Shown: positions 31,498 through 42,274 of the stretch, one piece after another
How positions within the stretch are numbered: the first letter of the stretch is position 1
Layout of the letters: every line of letters begins with the position of its first letter
Assembly: GCA_019057865.1 (NCBI GenBank)
Contig: JAHLWP010000003.1
Span: 1-64,000, forward strand
Source: Promethearchaeota archaeon
GTDB taxonomy: Archaea > Asgardarchaeota > Lokiarchaeia > Sigyniarchaeales > SOKP01
Length of the DNA: 64,000 nucleotides
Direction: 5' to 3'
Program-made: the position numbers and the translations under genes
The notes under the pieces: generated by a model
Seen by the model: the letters and a program-made list of their open reading frames with translations, nothing else
Database searches by the model: none
What the model was told of the DNA's origin: nothing

Positions 31498-31773
31498 ATG
31501 GGACACTCCGAAGAAAAAAATGAGAGAATTTCAGTTTATGTAGATTGTATATTGGGGACTATCTCATCAAGTTTAGCATTATTCGCTATCGCTTTTACAA
31601 CAATTAAATATGGCATTTCAAATCCCAAATGGTACACAGTAGGTCTTACTTTTTGGATTTGTTGGTTAATATTCTCATTGTTCCTAATAGGTTTAGGCAT
31701 TTATACACATATTAAAAACAAAAATTTTGATGTAACAAAGGCAAGGAAAGACTTAAGACCACCTATAATATAA
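31498..31773 (+). CDS. Small 2-TM membrane protein
   Basis: Two hydrophobic helices. Confidence 0.65.
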   Translation: MGHSEEKNERISVYVDCILGTISSSLALFAIAFTTIKYGISNPKWYTVGLTFWICWLIFSLFLIGLGIYTHIKNKNFDVTKARKDLRPPII

Positions 31774-31935
31774 GGTCTATCATCCTAATCAATAGTAAAT
31801 TTTAGGATGAAAAATCTATTTATATGATTTTATAATAACTTTTAATTAGATTATTCCAGTTAAAAGAATAATTTTGATAAGAATATAATTAAATATTTTA
31901 GTACTTTTAATTCTATGAAAATAAAGTGAATTACT

Positions 31936-32919
31936 ATGCCGGAAAGTAGTCGCCAATTAAATGATCTTAATAAAGTGTTTATCCCATGTCGAACTGTCTT
32001 AGAAATGGAAACACTGACTTCCCTATATTTATCGACTCAAAATTATGATCAGATAAAAGAATTACCAGAGAGTCAACCATCGAGTCAAACTCTTATTCAC
32101 ATTTTTGGGATAGAAGTAAATGAACCTTTAATGAGTATTGTCGACTACTTTATTAATTGTGCGATTCCGAAAGTTAAACCAGTGGTAATGTACGAAAGGG
32201 ACCACCATGATAGGTATAGAATGGGTAATATTGAAGCTTATACTAAAACACGTGTTTGTCTTTATCTTGCTTTACATAGATTAAAATTAAAGTTCTTAAT
32301 CTTAAAGAATTTCTTGGATAGATTTAAAAAAAACGAATATGAACTTGATTTTTATCAATCTCATAATTTAAGTGCGAATCAAACCTTACTCTCTACATTG
32401 TATAAATTCTATCATGATAAAAATAAGATGAATCTAATATTAATACTTCCAAAAAAGAAAATCTCAGAAAGGGTTAGTAAGCTAATAGATACTCAAGACT
32501 CTATTACTACAGATAAAATAATAAATATGGTTGCTACTCGTTTATTTACAGATGAAAAAAATCAAATAAAATTTATTATGAGGGAAATAAAAGCATCTCT
32601 GTTTGTTTGTAAACTAATTTTTGCTACAATGGATGTTAAGAATCCATTTTTACGAGCACAAGATACAATGATTAGTCCGGAAGAAACGATGATTAGTAAT
32701 GATTTTATTCCAGAGCTAATTCCCGCGATGTCAAAATGCTTCTCTGATAATAATTATGTCCAATTGGAGGAATGCATAAATGCTTTTGATTTTTTAATGA
32801 ATAAAGTATTAGATGGAATCAACTATGCTTATGAAGTCGCTTCTGGAGGTATTATAAAGTTAGAATTAGACGAAACACTATATAATACAGGAAATATTTT
32901 TACGGAATTAGCATCATAA
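31936..32919 (+). CDS. Hypothetical protein
   Basis: 327-aa ORF, no motif recognised. Confidence 0.7.
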   Translation: MPESSRQLNDLNKVFIPCRTVLEMETLTSLYLSTQNYDQIKELPESQPSSQTLIHIFGIEVNEPLMSIVDYFINCAIPKVKPVVMYERDHHDRYRMGNIEAYTKTRVCLYLALHRLKLKFLILKNFLDRFKKNEYELDFYQSHNLSANQTLLSTLYKFYHDKNKMNLILILPKKKISERVSKLIDTQDSITTDKIINMVATRLFTDEKNQIKFIMREIKASLFVCKLIFATMDVKNPFLRAQDTMISPEETMISNDFIPELIPAMSKCFSDNNYVQLEECINAFDFLMNKVLDGINYAYEVASGGIIKLELDETLYNTGNIFTELAS

Positions 32920-32996
32920 TTAAAATTATATGAATAACTTTGCTTCTGAATTAACAAATGAAAAATAAAAAAATAAGGAATTAATTTTTAATAGCT

Positions 32997-33491
32997 TTAT
33001 TTATCTGGTGCTTTTTTCCCTAACCATTTCTCATAGAATGCATCAATATCAGGTAAAAAATTAAAAATCGTTGGATAACCAGGTGGGACAGCTTCTGTGT
33101 CTAATAAAGTAAAACAACCAGGACAATAATATTCCCTTAATTCTTCCCATTCAGGATCAGACCCCATATATTTTGGATATAGTTCTCCGATTTCTTCAAT
33201 TGTATCTCTAACTCTTACTCGACATTTTGTTTTCCAATTTTCTTGGTAATCTCCAAACTCATGACCACAGTCACATTTAACAATTCTCTGACCATCTTTA
33301 GAAACTATATATAGATGTTCATGAAGTGGTAATATTATTCTTTCTTTCCAAGGAACACGTTTTTGTAATATTTCAAGAATCATATTAAATCGGTTTGGAT
33401 CTTTTCTTCCACTAATTATTGGTTTTAATTCTTCCCATGACAAATCTCCATCTATCATTCTTTCTAACGTTTTTTTATCATATTTTTCCAT
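32997..33491 (-). CDS. acxC: Acetone carboxylase gamma subunit
   Basis: KDPNRF, CDCGHEFGDYQENWK, REYYCPGC (Zn ligands). Confidence 0.92.
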   Translation of the reverse strand: MEKYDKKTLERMIDGDLSWEELKPIISGRKDPNRFNMILEILQKRVPWKERIILPLHEHLYIVSKDGQRIVKCDCGHEFGDYQENWKTKCRVRVRDTIEEIGELYPKYMGSDPEWEELREYYCPGCFTLLDTEAVPPGYPTIFNFLPDIDAFYEKWLGKKAPDK

Positions 33492-35708
33492 TTATTTCAC
33501 CTCAATCTGAAAATCTTCAGGTAATTTCCAAAATTCTTTGAAGAATTTAGACCACATTTTTGATAAATTAAGACTCTCAGTATACATAAGTCTTACAGGA
33601 TCATTCAATTTATTTTCTGTTATTTTTTTTCTCTCTTTTTCCCAAAATTCTTCAAATGTCATCGATTTTTCAATTCTTTCATTTTTAATTTCTTTTCTCC
33701 GATTTTCTGTAGCTTTTTCGTCAATAATCCATTCTCTTTCTTTATCATTGAATTTAGCGACCACACCATATACATTATTTACTATATTTTCAGTATAAAA
33801 ACCATCATCGAGATCCTGCTTAATTTGCTCAATTTTTCGTTCTAGCGGATCCCCATATCCAGGACCACCACTCATAAAGTAATAGATAAGATCGTAATTC
33901 TCTAAGGTGATAGGATAGATACTGCAGTAAGGCTTTCTGGTTATATCAGCTCTCAATAATCTTTCAAATTCACCATTACTAGGATCTGGATCTCCAAGTG
34001 GATAATCTTCTCTATTCCGAATTATTTCTTCTAAATTTGTGTTTTTTGCATAAAGACGATAACCTGTTGCATTGGGATAGCCTCCATGCATTCCACCAGC
34101 TCCATGAAAAACCATACCTTCTCTAGCTCCGAAGAAGTCCACTTCTTTTGAATAAGCAACCAATGCTACTCCTTCATAATTTGCTCCTCCCCGAAATTTA
34201 CCATGTCCTGATAAATTAGGCTTTATTCTCCTTGATAAGTAAGGTACACCTCCTTGAAATAATTCCCATGTTTCCACATCACCAAGATCTGATTCGGGAT
34301 TCCACATTGCATAACCCCAATTTAATCCATCTCTCACGGCGCTTGCTCCTAAACCTTGACCACTAATTTCGAATGTTGATAATGACCAGCGTTGTCCTAT
34401 AAGGGGACCATCAGAATAAACACCTCCACCTTGAATTGCATCTCCTGTAAAAGAATATCCTGAAACAACTTCTTCTCTATATCCTCGAGAAAATAAACCA
34501 TATGATAAGCATTTCATCATTCCTGTGTAAGCAGGTATTAAATTTCCCCAAGGAGCTTGGTAAGAAAGATAAATATCACCTGGGTTACACCATGATCCCA
34601 AAGGATAATTTTTTTCTACCGCAAAATATGCACCATCATTTACCTTATCTGCGTAAATTAAGATTTGTGTTAACAGAACCCATTGTCCCCCTTCCATTGC
34701 ACCCTTTTCTGCATTCATACAATTTGGACCAGGTCCGCTTGCTCCCTCAAATGAAAGGGACATTTTTCCATCTTCTTTAATAATAATCTCTAATGGTTGA
34801 TTAGAAATTTTATCTAATCTAGCCCTTGGTTGCCATGCCTCGTTTTTTTGTGGCATGTCCATGAAAGCTGCTGCTCTGTATCTTCCTGGTATTAAGCGTT
34901 CTTTTATTCTTTCTAGGAAAACTCTTCTCCCTTCTTCTATTGCTTCTCTTATGAAACGTTTATAGTAGTCGATTCCCTCTTTCTTTATAAATTCTAAGAC
35001 AGCATCTCTAATCATTAAGTCCCCTGCTAATCTACACTTTTCATCTAACTCCCAATACATTGGAGTTCTCACGGATCTTTTAGCACTTATCAAATGATCT
35101 TTCCAAATCCTGTCATTTGAACCAATCTTTCTACAAGTATAATAAACTCCATCATCAAAACGTTGCATCGCAGGAACTAAATCATGACCAGGAGTTATTC
35201 CTCCAGTATCAATCTGATGAGTTACCCCCCCAGCCCAACCTACTAATTCTTCGTTCCAAAATATTGGTATTAATGTTTGAACATCTGTTGTATGAACATT
35301 TCCGCAAGCTGGGTCGTTATTAAGAAAAATATCTCCAATATTTATTCCTGGATCATCTTCATAATCTTGTCTTATCATAAATTTCACTGCTTCACTCATG
35401 GTATGAACATGAACTAATATACCTGTTGATACAACAATAGAGTCTCCTTCAGGAGTATACAAAGCAAAACATAATTCTCCAATTTCTTTAACAATTGGCG
35501 AAGCTGCTACATGTAACGCAGTTTCTCTGGCTGATACTAGTGCACCTCTCAGGGAAGCATAATTACGTTCAAATCTAAAAGGATCTTCTTCTTTTAGTGT
35601 AAGTTTAGTTATCCCATAATAGTATCCTGTTTCTTTAAAAAGTTTTTCACTTTCTTCCAAGATTACGTTTAATGTTTTTCCATCCCAACCTAATGGTTTT
35701 TTAGACAT
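33492..35708 (-). CDS. acxB: Acetone carboxylase alpha subunit (hydantoinase B family)
   Basis: SPIVKEIGELCF, STGILVHVHTM, NDP..HTTD, GVTHQID, GGPGYGDPLER. Confidence 0.9.
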   Translation of the reverse strand: MSKKPLGWDGKTLNVILEESEKLFKETGYYYGITKLTLKEEDPFRFERNYASLRGALVSARETALHVAASPIVKEIGELCFALYTPEGDSIVVSTGILVHVHTMSEAVKFMIRQDYEDDPGINIGDIFLNNDPACGNVHTTDVQTLIPIFWNEELVGWAGGVTHQIDTGGITPGHDLVPAMQRFDDGVYYTCRKIGSNDRIWKDHLISAKRSVRTPMYWELDEKCRLAGDLMIRDAVLEFIKKEGIDYYKRFIREAIEEGRRVFLERIKERLIPGRYRAAAFMDMPQKNEAWQPRARLDKISNQPLEIIIKEDGKMSLSFEGASGPGPNCMNAEKGAMEGGQWVLLTQILIYADKVNDGAYFAVEKNYPLGSWCNPGDIYLSYQAPWGNLIPAYTGMMKCLSYGLFSRGYREEVVSGYSFTGDAIQGGGVYSDGPLIGQRWSLSTFEISGQGLGASAVRDGLNWGYAMWNPESDLGDVETWELFQGGVPYLSRRIKPNLSGHGKFRGGANYEGVALVAYSKEVDFFGAREGMVFHGAGGMHGGYPNATGYRLYAKNTNLEEIIRNREDYPLGDPDPSNGEFERLLRADITRKPYCSIYPITLENYDLIYYFMSGGPGYGDPLERKIEQIKQDLDDGFYTENIVNNVYGVVAKFNDKEREWIIDEKATENRRKEIKNERIEKSMTFEEFWEKERKKITENKLNDPVRLMYTESLNLSKMWSKFFKEFWKLPEDFQIEVK

Positions 35709-35709
35709 T

Positions 35710-37878
35710 TTACTTCACCTCCATATGAAAAATTCTATGTTTATCGAGTTTTACTTGAAACCCTGGAGGAACTATAAGAGTTGTCGCTGGAGCTTCGATA
35801 ATAGCAGGACCACCAATGATGTTACCAGCATCAAGTTGTCCCATTTCCCAGATTAAAGCTTCATGCCATTTCTTCGCCCAATACATATCTCTTATACCCT
35901 TTGAGGACTTATCTTCAGGTTTTTCTCTACTCAGTTCATGTTCTGGTAATTTAGGTTTTGGTACTGGTACTATTCCAGTTCCTATTGCTTTAGTTATATG
36001 GTATCCAAGTTCAGGACTCTTTGTACCCCTACGGAAAATCTCTTCAAAAAGTTCGTCATAATTTAGCATGATTTCTCCTAATTCTTTTGAATCATACCTT
36101 TGTAAATCGGGTGAATAATCTAGAGTTAGCTCAGCTACTGGAGATTGAACCTCTAAGTCATCAAACATGCCAAAATATTGTATTCGTAAAGATGGTTTAA
36201 AAATCATTTCATTGGGATCTCTCCCTTCAGCTTCAAATTCTTTAATAATGTTATTCTTTAATTCTGTCCAAGTGGAATTGAGTATTGAAGATACAAATGC
36301 TATCATACTTCCATCGGGTGGAATAACTAGATCAACAGATTTTTCATGTCTATAGGAGTGATCCGCACAAGCACAACCGAAAGCAGAAAAAGCAGGTGCC
36401 CATTCTGGTATAAGAATATCTTGGAAATTTAACTCCCTTGAATATCCAGCAACATGTAAAGGTCCTCCACCTCCAAATGATATTAATGTATAATTCTCAG
36501 GTCTATAACCTAATCCTTGGATCATACCATTAAGATGATTTTTCATATTGATTTCAATTAGATCTAAAGCACCTCTAGCTGTATCATAAGGATCAGCATT
36601 TAATGGTTCAGCAAGCTGTTCTTTAATAAATTTATATGCTCTATCCTTATTTAATAGAATTTTTCCTCCAAGAAAATATTCTGGATTAAGATAACCTAAT
36701 ATTAGACTGCAATCTGTCATTGTAATTGTTTCCACTCCTGATTGTTCATTACAAACTCCTATTTTATAACCAGCACTTTCAGGACCAAATTCCATTCTAC
36801 CTGAAATATCGTTATATCTAACATACATACCAGTCCCAGCTCCTATAGAATCTAAAGCAAGCATGGGAATGTTTAAAATAAACCTTCCAATTGAACTTTC
36901 CCATTTTGTTGGTACATATCTTTCCATAACTAATCCAACATCGAATGAAGTCCCTCCTACATCAGAAGAAACTAAATTTTTTATTCCATATCTTTCAGCG
37001 ATAAATTTTGTCCCTATGAAACCACCAATTGGTCCTGATACCATAGTAGGTATTAGTGTTTTATGATACGGAGATATTGTTCCACCATATGTAGTTAAAA
37101 TTCTAAGAGGAGCAGGAATCCCCTTTTTTTTTAATCTTTCAGCAATGCCTATTAATTGTTTCCTTGAAGGCTCAGCTGCATATTGTTCAATAATGAGAGC
37201 ATTTAATCTTGGTGTTTCTCCCCTTACAGGATTGTGTTCACTTGATAAAATAATAGGAATTTCTTTATTTTTTTCTTTCATTACTTGTTCTGCTATCATT
37301 TTAACCTGCAATTCATGGCTATTATTCATGTATGAACAAAGAAGGCATACACAAATGCTCTCAACATTCATATCAAGTAATTCTTCTACAACCTTTCTAG
37401 CATCTTGTTTATAGAATGGGATTAACTCATCTCCCCAAAAATTAATTCTGCCACGAACACCTTTTATTTGTTTTCTGGGTACTAATGGTTTTGGGTGTTC
37501 ATGTTCTCTTGCATGTAAACGACCTCCATAATCAAGCCAAATCCAGCATTGCAAAGCTCGACCAAGTCTATGTAAATCTTCAAATCCTGCGTTTACAATT
37601 ACTCCTATATTGCTGTTGCCTTGCCGTTCTAAAAGCCTATTTACCATAGCAGTACCAGAATAAACTAATGCCTCTATTGAATGACCTGATTCTTCTATTT
37701 TTGTATTCCATTGCTCTAAAGCATCACTAATAGAGTTTAAAATCCCCTCAGATTCATTTTCAGGAGTTGTTTGTGCTTTTCCTACTACAAAAAATCCTTG
37801 TTCATCTATTATAAAAGCATCTGACATTGTACCTCCAGTATCGAAGGCCATAGCGATAAGACTTTTTGTTTTTGACAT
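35710..37878 (-). CDS. acxA: Acetone carboxylase beta subunit (hydantoinase A family ATPase)
   Basis: DTGGTMSD, YSGTAMVNR, SGPIGG, DVGGTSFD, FGGGGPLH, GPAIIE. Confidence 0.9.
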   Translation of the reverse strand: MSKTKSLIAMAFDTGGTMSDAFIIDEQGFFVVGKAQTTPENESEGILNSISDALEQWNTKIEESGHSIEALVYSGTAMVNRLLERQGNSNIGVIVNAGFEDLHRLGRALQCWIWLDYGGRLHAREHEHPKPLVPRKQIKGVRGRINFWGDELIPFYKQDARKVVEELLDMNVESICVCLLCSYMNNSHELQVKMIAEQVMKEKNKEIPIILSSEHNPVRGETPRLNALIIEQYAAEPSRKQLIGIAERLKKKGIPAPLRILTTYGGTISPYHKTLIPTMVSGPIGGFIGTKFIAERYGIKNLVSSDVGGTSFDVGLVMERYVPTKWESSIGRFILNIPMLALDSIGAGTGMYVRYNDISGRMEFGPESAGYKIGVCNEQSGVETITMTDCSLILGYLNPEYFLGGKILLNKDRAYKFIKEQLAEPLNADPYDTARGALDLIEINMKNHLNGMIQGLGYRPENYTLISFGGGGPLHVAGYSRELNFQDILIPEWAPAFSAFGCACADHSYRHEKSVDLVIPPDGSMIAFVSSILNSTWTELKNNIIKEFEAEGRDPNEMIFKPSLRIQYFGMFDDLEVQSPVAELTLDYSPDLQRYDSKELGEIMLNYDELFEEIFRRGTKSPELGYHITKAIGTGIVPVPKPKLPEHELSREKPEDKSSKGIRDMYWAKKWHEALIWEMGQLDAGNIIGGPAIIEAPATTLIVPPGFQVKLDKHRIFHMEVK

Positions 37879-38091
37879 AATTTTAACCTTCTTTTATATT
37901 TTTATTTAAGATGTGTTAATAAATCTATTTTCTTTAAGAATTAATAAAACTTTTTACAATGAATATTGATTTTTTTCATTATTTTCAAGAGGTTTTTTAG
38001 AAATTTGGAACATTACTTTCTACATCTATTATAAAATCAAATTTGGAATTTAATTGATACAATTTAAATTTTAAGGAAAAATCTTTAATGT

Positions 38092-39201
38092 ATGATAAAT
38101 CAATTTTATGAAAAATTAGCGAAAATTGTAGTTGAATACTCACTTGAAATTCAAGAAGGGCATAGGGTTCTTATCAAGGGTCCAGAGGTTGCAAGGGAAT
38201 TATTCCAAGCATTATATGCTGAACTTATCAAAATTGGAGCTTACCCAATGCTTATAGTTGATCTGGAAGGAATAGATGAAATATTTTATAAGTATGCATC
38301 TAAAAAGCAATTGGAGTATGTAGATAATACTTTTAAACAGGCACTTAAAGAATTTGATCGAATGATACAAATAAAAGCAGATTATAATACACATAAATTT
38401 TCCATGGTTGATCCTAAAATATTAGCAACACATAGAGGTTCTCCGGCACAAAAAGAATTATATTTAATATCGCAAGAAAGAGAAGCTAAAGGAGAATTTA
38501 ACTGGAATATATCTCCCTTTCCTTGCCAAGCGTTAGCACAAGAAGCAAATATGGATATATTCACTTATACAGATTTTGTCAGAAAAGCATTGTATTTAGA
38601 TAAAGATGACCCTGTTGGAGAATGGAAAAAATTAAAAGAAGAACAAGAACACTTAGTTAATATTTTAAATCAAACAAAAAAAATAGAGGTAATTGGAGAA
38701 GATACAGATCTAAAATTTTCAGTAGAAGGAAGGAATTGGGTTAATTGTTGGGGTGATCACAATTTACCTGATGGTGAAGTATTTACTGGTCCAGTCGAGG
38801 ATTCAGTTAATGGGCATATTAGATTTACTTACCCAGGAATATATATAGGAAGAGATATTGAAAATATATTTTTAGAATTTAAAGAAGGAAAAGTAGTAAA
38901 TGCAACAGCAGATAAAGGAGAAGATTTGCTAAAGGAAATATTAAAGATTAAAAATGCCGATAAAATAGGAGAATTTGCAATTGGAAATAATTATGGTATT
39001 ACACAATTCACTAAAAATATGTTATTTGATGAAAAAATTGGAGGTACTCTACACTGTGCCCTTGGATTAGGATTTGAGGATTCTGGATCAAAAAATGTAT
39101 CTGCTATTCATTGGGATATTTTGAAAGATATGAAATTGCCAGGCTCAAAAGTTATTGCTGATGGAAAAGTCGTTTATGAAGAAGGACAATGGAAAATTTA
39201 A
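38092..39201 (+). CDS. Aminopeptidase, M29 (AmpS/AmpT) family
   Basis: NLPDGEVFTGP, GEFAIG, LFDEKIGGTLHCALG, SAIHWD. Confidence 0.95.
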   Translation: MINQFYEKLAKIVVEYSLEIQEGHRVLIKGPEVARELFQALYAELIKIGAYPMLIVDLEGIDEIFYKYASKKQLEYVDNTFKQALKEFDRMIQIKADYNTHKFSMVDPKILATHRGSPAQKELYLISQEREAKGEFNWNISPFPCQALAQEANMDIFTYTDFVRKALYLDKDDPVGEWKKLKEEQEHLVNILNQTKKIEVIGEDTDLKFSVEGRNWVNCWGDHNLPDGEVFTGPVEDSVNGHIRFTYPGIYIGRDIENIFLEFKEGKVVNATADKGEDLLKEILKIKNADKIGEFAIGNNYGITQFTKNMLFDEKIGGTLHCALGLGFEDSGSKNVSAIHWDILKDMKLPGSKVIADGKVVYEEGQWKI

Positions 39202-39260
39202 AGTTGGAATTTGATTAATATTGAATAATAATTAGTTAAAACTATAAAAAGTATATGCCA

Positions 39261-39277
39261 AGGAAAACTTTTATATA
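39261..39277 (+). promoter_or_regulatory. Archaeal BRE plus TATA promoter
   Basis: AGGAAAAC followed by TTTTATATA; no long ORF within 380 nt downstream. Confidence 0.55.
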
Positions 39278-39328
39278 CACTTTTGTCTTATTATTTTAAT
39301 GCAGAAAAAATATCATTTCCTTTAAAAA

Positions 39329-39464
39329 GGGGTGATATATAGACAATCGAGTATACAATGTACTGAAAAAGTTCATAATCACATTATCTACAGAGTAAGT
39401 ACATAAAATACACGCAACTGGAAAAAATCCGTTTTTCCCTAAAAAAAAATTCTATTATCACCCC
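39329..39464 (+). ncRNA. Candidate structured small RNA or small-peptide mRNA
   Basis: Terminal helix GGGGTGATATATAGA/TCTATTATCACCCC encloses ATGTACT/AGTACAT and GGAAAAA/TTTTTCC helices; promoter upstream and T tract downstream. Confidence 0.45.
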
Positions 39465-39662
39465 ACCTTTTATTTATTTTATCTCTTAAAATATCCATTA
39501 ATAGTTTTTACATGCTCATATCTAAATTCTTAATTTTAATTGAGCTAAAGTAAATCAATACTAAAAAGGAATAAATAAAATTAAATACAAATATATTTTA
39601 TTATCTATCAAATCTAAAAATTTAAGGAAATCTAACATAAAAGTATAAAATAAAAAATAAAG

Positions 39663-40391
39663 GTGAATATTATGGCAGAGGCTAAAGATTATATTTGGTT
39701 ATTCCCATTTATAGGTGCCATCCTTACTGCAATTAGTCTTTTCACTCCTGCTGCATTTAGATCGTTCCCAATGGGAGGTTCAGCATTTGTTTGGATGAAT
39801 GGTTTTGCTGTATTAACTGGTGGACCGTCTGGCCCCGAAACTGACTTTTTTGATATAGCTGGATATTATATTCCTGGAATTATTGCTACAATTTTATTAA
39901 CAGTATGTACAATTATATTGTTTGTATCATCCCTTACTCATAGACAAAAAGAAACTCCTGGTTCATGGATTCCTTTAGGTATCCTTCTTATTGGAGGGGC
40001 AATTTATTTTATAGTAGGTGTAGAGATAGGTGTTGCAATTTATTGGTTTAACGAAATGAGTGTTTACCCATACCCATATACCCCCGAATGGATTAGTTTT
40101 TGGAACGATTATAATTATAATCCTGGTTTCGCAGTTATTGCCCCTTTTATTGGGGGTGGATTGGCGCTTTTAGGAGCAATTTTAGGTAAAACGATTGGTA
40201 GACAAGAAGGTATTGGTAAACCAAAAGCTGTTCCTCATGTAGAGAAACCAGTTCCTGTGGCAGAAACTCCTCCTCCTACTCCAACTCCCGCTACTGAAGA
40301 AGTTAAGATTGCTCGCTTTTGTCCCGAATGTGGTACAAAAATTGATAAAGCAGATGCCACGTTTTGTACTGTCTGTGGCCACAAATTTTAA
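39663..40391 (+). CDS. 4-TM membrane protein with Pro-rich linker and C-terminal zinc ribbon
   Basis: Hydrophobic helices, TPPPTPTP, FCPECG..FCTVCG. Confidence 0.85.
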   Translation: MNIMAEAKDYIWLFPFIGAILTAISLFTPAAFRSFPMGGSAFVWMNGFAVLTGGPSGPETDFFDIAGYYIPGIIATILLTVCTIILFVSSLTHRQKETPGSWIPLGILLIGGAIYFIVGVEIGVAIYWFNEMSVYPYPYTPEWISFWNDYNYNPGFAVIAPFIGGGLALLGAILGKTIGRQEGIGKPKAVPHVEKPVPVAETPPPTPTPATEEVKIARFCPECGTKIDKADATFCTVCGHKF

Positions 40392-40804
40392 TCTTCATAT
40401 TTCTTTTTATTTTATTTAGTTTCAAATCATTTATTTTTCTATTTTTAGTAGTTAAATATCTTAGTTAGAAATGATTTTATTGTTTTTTCCAAAAATTATG
40501 TATAAAGAAAGTAAATTCTGTTCTAGCTGCGGTTTTGAATTAATTAACTAAAAGATAGAAGAATATAATTTATTTAATAATCTTTTTTTCATCTTCTTAT
40601 TATTTCCTTATAAGTTTAAAATATGACACGAATATATCTTAATCAAATTTCTACTTGTGCTAGTTAATCTAATTAATTTAAATCATTTTGTAAATCTTAA
40701 TTATTTAAGTGACTCAAATAGGAAATAATGATCGTTTTTAGTGATCCTTATTATCAATTTTTGATAGTTACCCAAATCCATCATCTTTTTTTGATTAATA
40801 ACCA

Positions 40805-40835
40805 TTATAATGATCATATTTCGCGATCATTATAA
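40805..40835. repeat. Perfect 11-bp inverted repeat (operator-like)
   Basis: TTATAATGATC-n9-GATCATTATAA. Confidence 0.7.
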
Positions 40836-40913
40836 CTAATACTTGACAATTATTAAAATCCTACATTTTCTCCTTTATGATTTTCAGCAATATATGACTC
40901 ATAATGTACATAT

Positions 40914-40965
40914 TCCGTCGATTCCCACAGATAGTCCGTCGAAAAATGATCATAAAAATGATCAT
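40914..40965. repeat. Direct repeats upstream of a TATA box
   Basis: TCCGTCGA at 40914 and 40935; tandem AAAAATGATCAT at 40942 and 40954; TTTAAATA at 40967. Confidence 0.7.
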
Positions 40966-41011
40966 ATTTAAATATGCATGTTAACTATCATTAATTGAGG
41001 TAATACAAAAA

Positions 41012-41275
41012 ATGGAAAATATGAATTTTGTAGTAAAACTGCAGACCAAAGCGGACGAAAATTTCGAAAATATAAAGGAATCCATTAAGGGATTATACCA
41101 AATCCTAAAAATATCATGTGATGATGATACTTTTTGTAAAATTGGGTTGGATAATCTTGAGGCTCTATATAGAAACTTACTAGAGCTATTGCTTAATGAT
41201 TATGGCGCAAGACAGCTAATGAAAAAGCTGAAAAATTCTGATGAAGAATTTTTGACTATCGAACTTGAAGAATAA
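41012..41275 (+). CDS. Small helical hypothetical protein
   Basis: 87 aa; GAGGT SD and TATA box upstream. Confidence 0.75.
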   Translation: MENMNFVVKLQTKADENFENIKESIKGLYQILKISCDDDTFCKIGLDNLEALYRNLLELLLNDYGARQLMKKLKNSDEEFLTIELEE

Positions 41276-41324
41276 TTAAATAAATTTTCTCCTTTTATCC
41301 TTTTTTAAACTAAGTCCAAATAAA

Positions 41325-41950
41325 TTATTTAAGTATTTTACCTGTTTCTAAATACCACAGAAATAAATCTAATTCAGCTAAATTTAAGTTTAATTCTTTT
41401 GCTATTCTTTTTAATAGATTTTCAATATCAAGATATATTTTTTTAGTTAATACTTTTGGTTTTTCAATTAATTCGTATTGGACTAAGAGATCTAAAATAT
41501 GGAAATCTACAATTGCTAGATTTTTATAGCCTATATTTCTAAGAAAATGACTTCCTTCTTTATATCCAATTCCTTTTATATTTTTAACGAGCCATTCTCT
41601 TAGTTCAATCTCATCATTATTTAATCTAATTATCTTATTTAGGTTCTTCATTTTCTTTCTGGCTTCTACAATAAATCTGGAGCGCACATTTGGAAATCTA
41701 TACCCTAAATCTTTAAATCTCTCTGTTAATTGGGTTGAGAAAGATTTAAGAATTCTTTATTAATTTTTTCATGAATTTCAATGCATTTTTCAGCTCCACA
41801 ATTCGCAGTCATTATACAGAAACATAATTCTTTAAAAATATCATTAATAGAACCATGTTTGATATCACTGAATTCATTTATACGCGTTTTTATTAATGTT
41901 TCTAATTCACTCTTTTTTAATTGTTCTACAGTTTCCAGTAAGGTTTCCAT
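41325..41950 (-). pseudogene. ogg: 8-oxoguanine DNA glycosylase/lyase (archaeal Ogg) split by a 1-nt frameshift near 41733
   Basis: N part ELCFCIMTAN; second frame QLTERFKDLGYRFPNVRSRFI..IKGIGYKEGSHFLRN..AIVDFH..LDLFLWY..TGKILK (HhH with catalytic Lys and Asp). Confidence 0.88.
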
Positions 41951-42274
41951 TTTTTCTTAGTAATTAACCATACTATAAAATTCAAATTATTTAATCATAT
42001 AAGTTAATTAAGTCGTTTTTTATTGTTTCTCTTCCTAATTATCGTATATATATGATATCTACGTATCATAATAGAAAATAAAATAGGCAAGAAATTTAAT
42101 AACTAAAAAATAGAAAATTTTTACACACAAATATTAATTTAGTTAAATGATATATTAAATCCGCGAAAAAAGAAAAATGTGCGGAATGATATAACATAAA
42201 AGAATAAAAAAATATCAATTTAAAAATAATTTCTAAGTTTAAATAATTAGCTAAGAACGTGTAAGTAGACAAAG

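Noticed and set aside
42146-42195. AATGATATA direct repeat with a TCCGC/GCGGA stem, as a C/D box sRNA
   Set aside because: No CUGA D boxes and only a 5-bp stem
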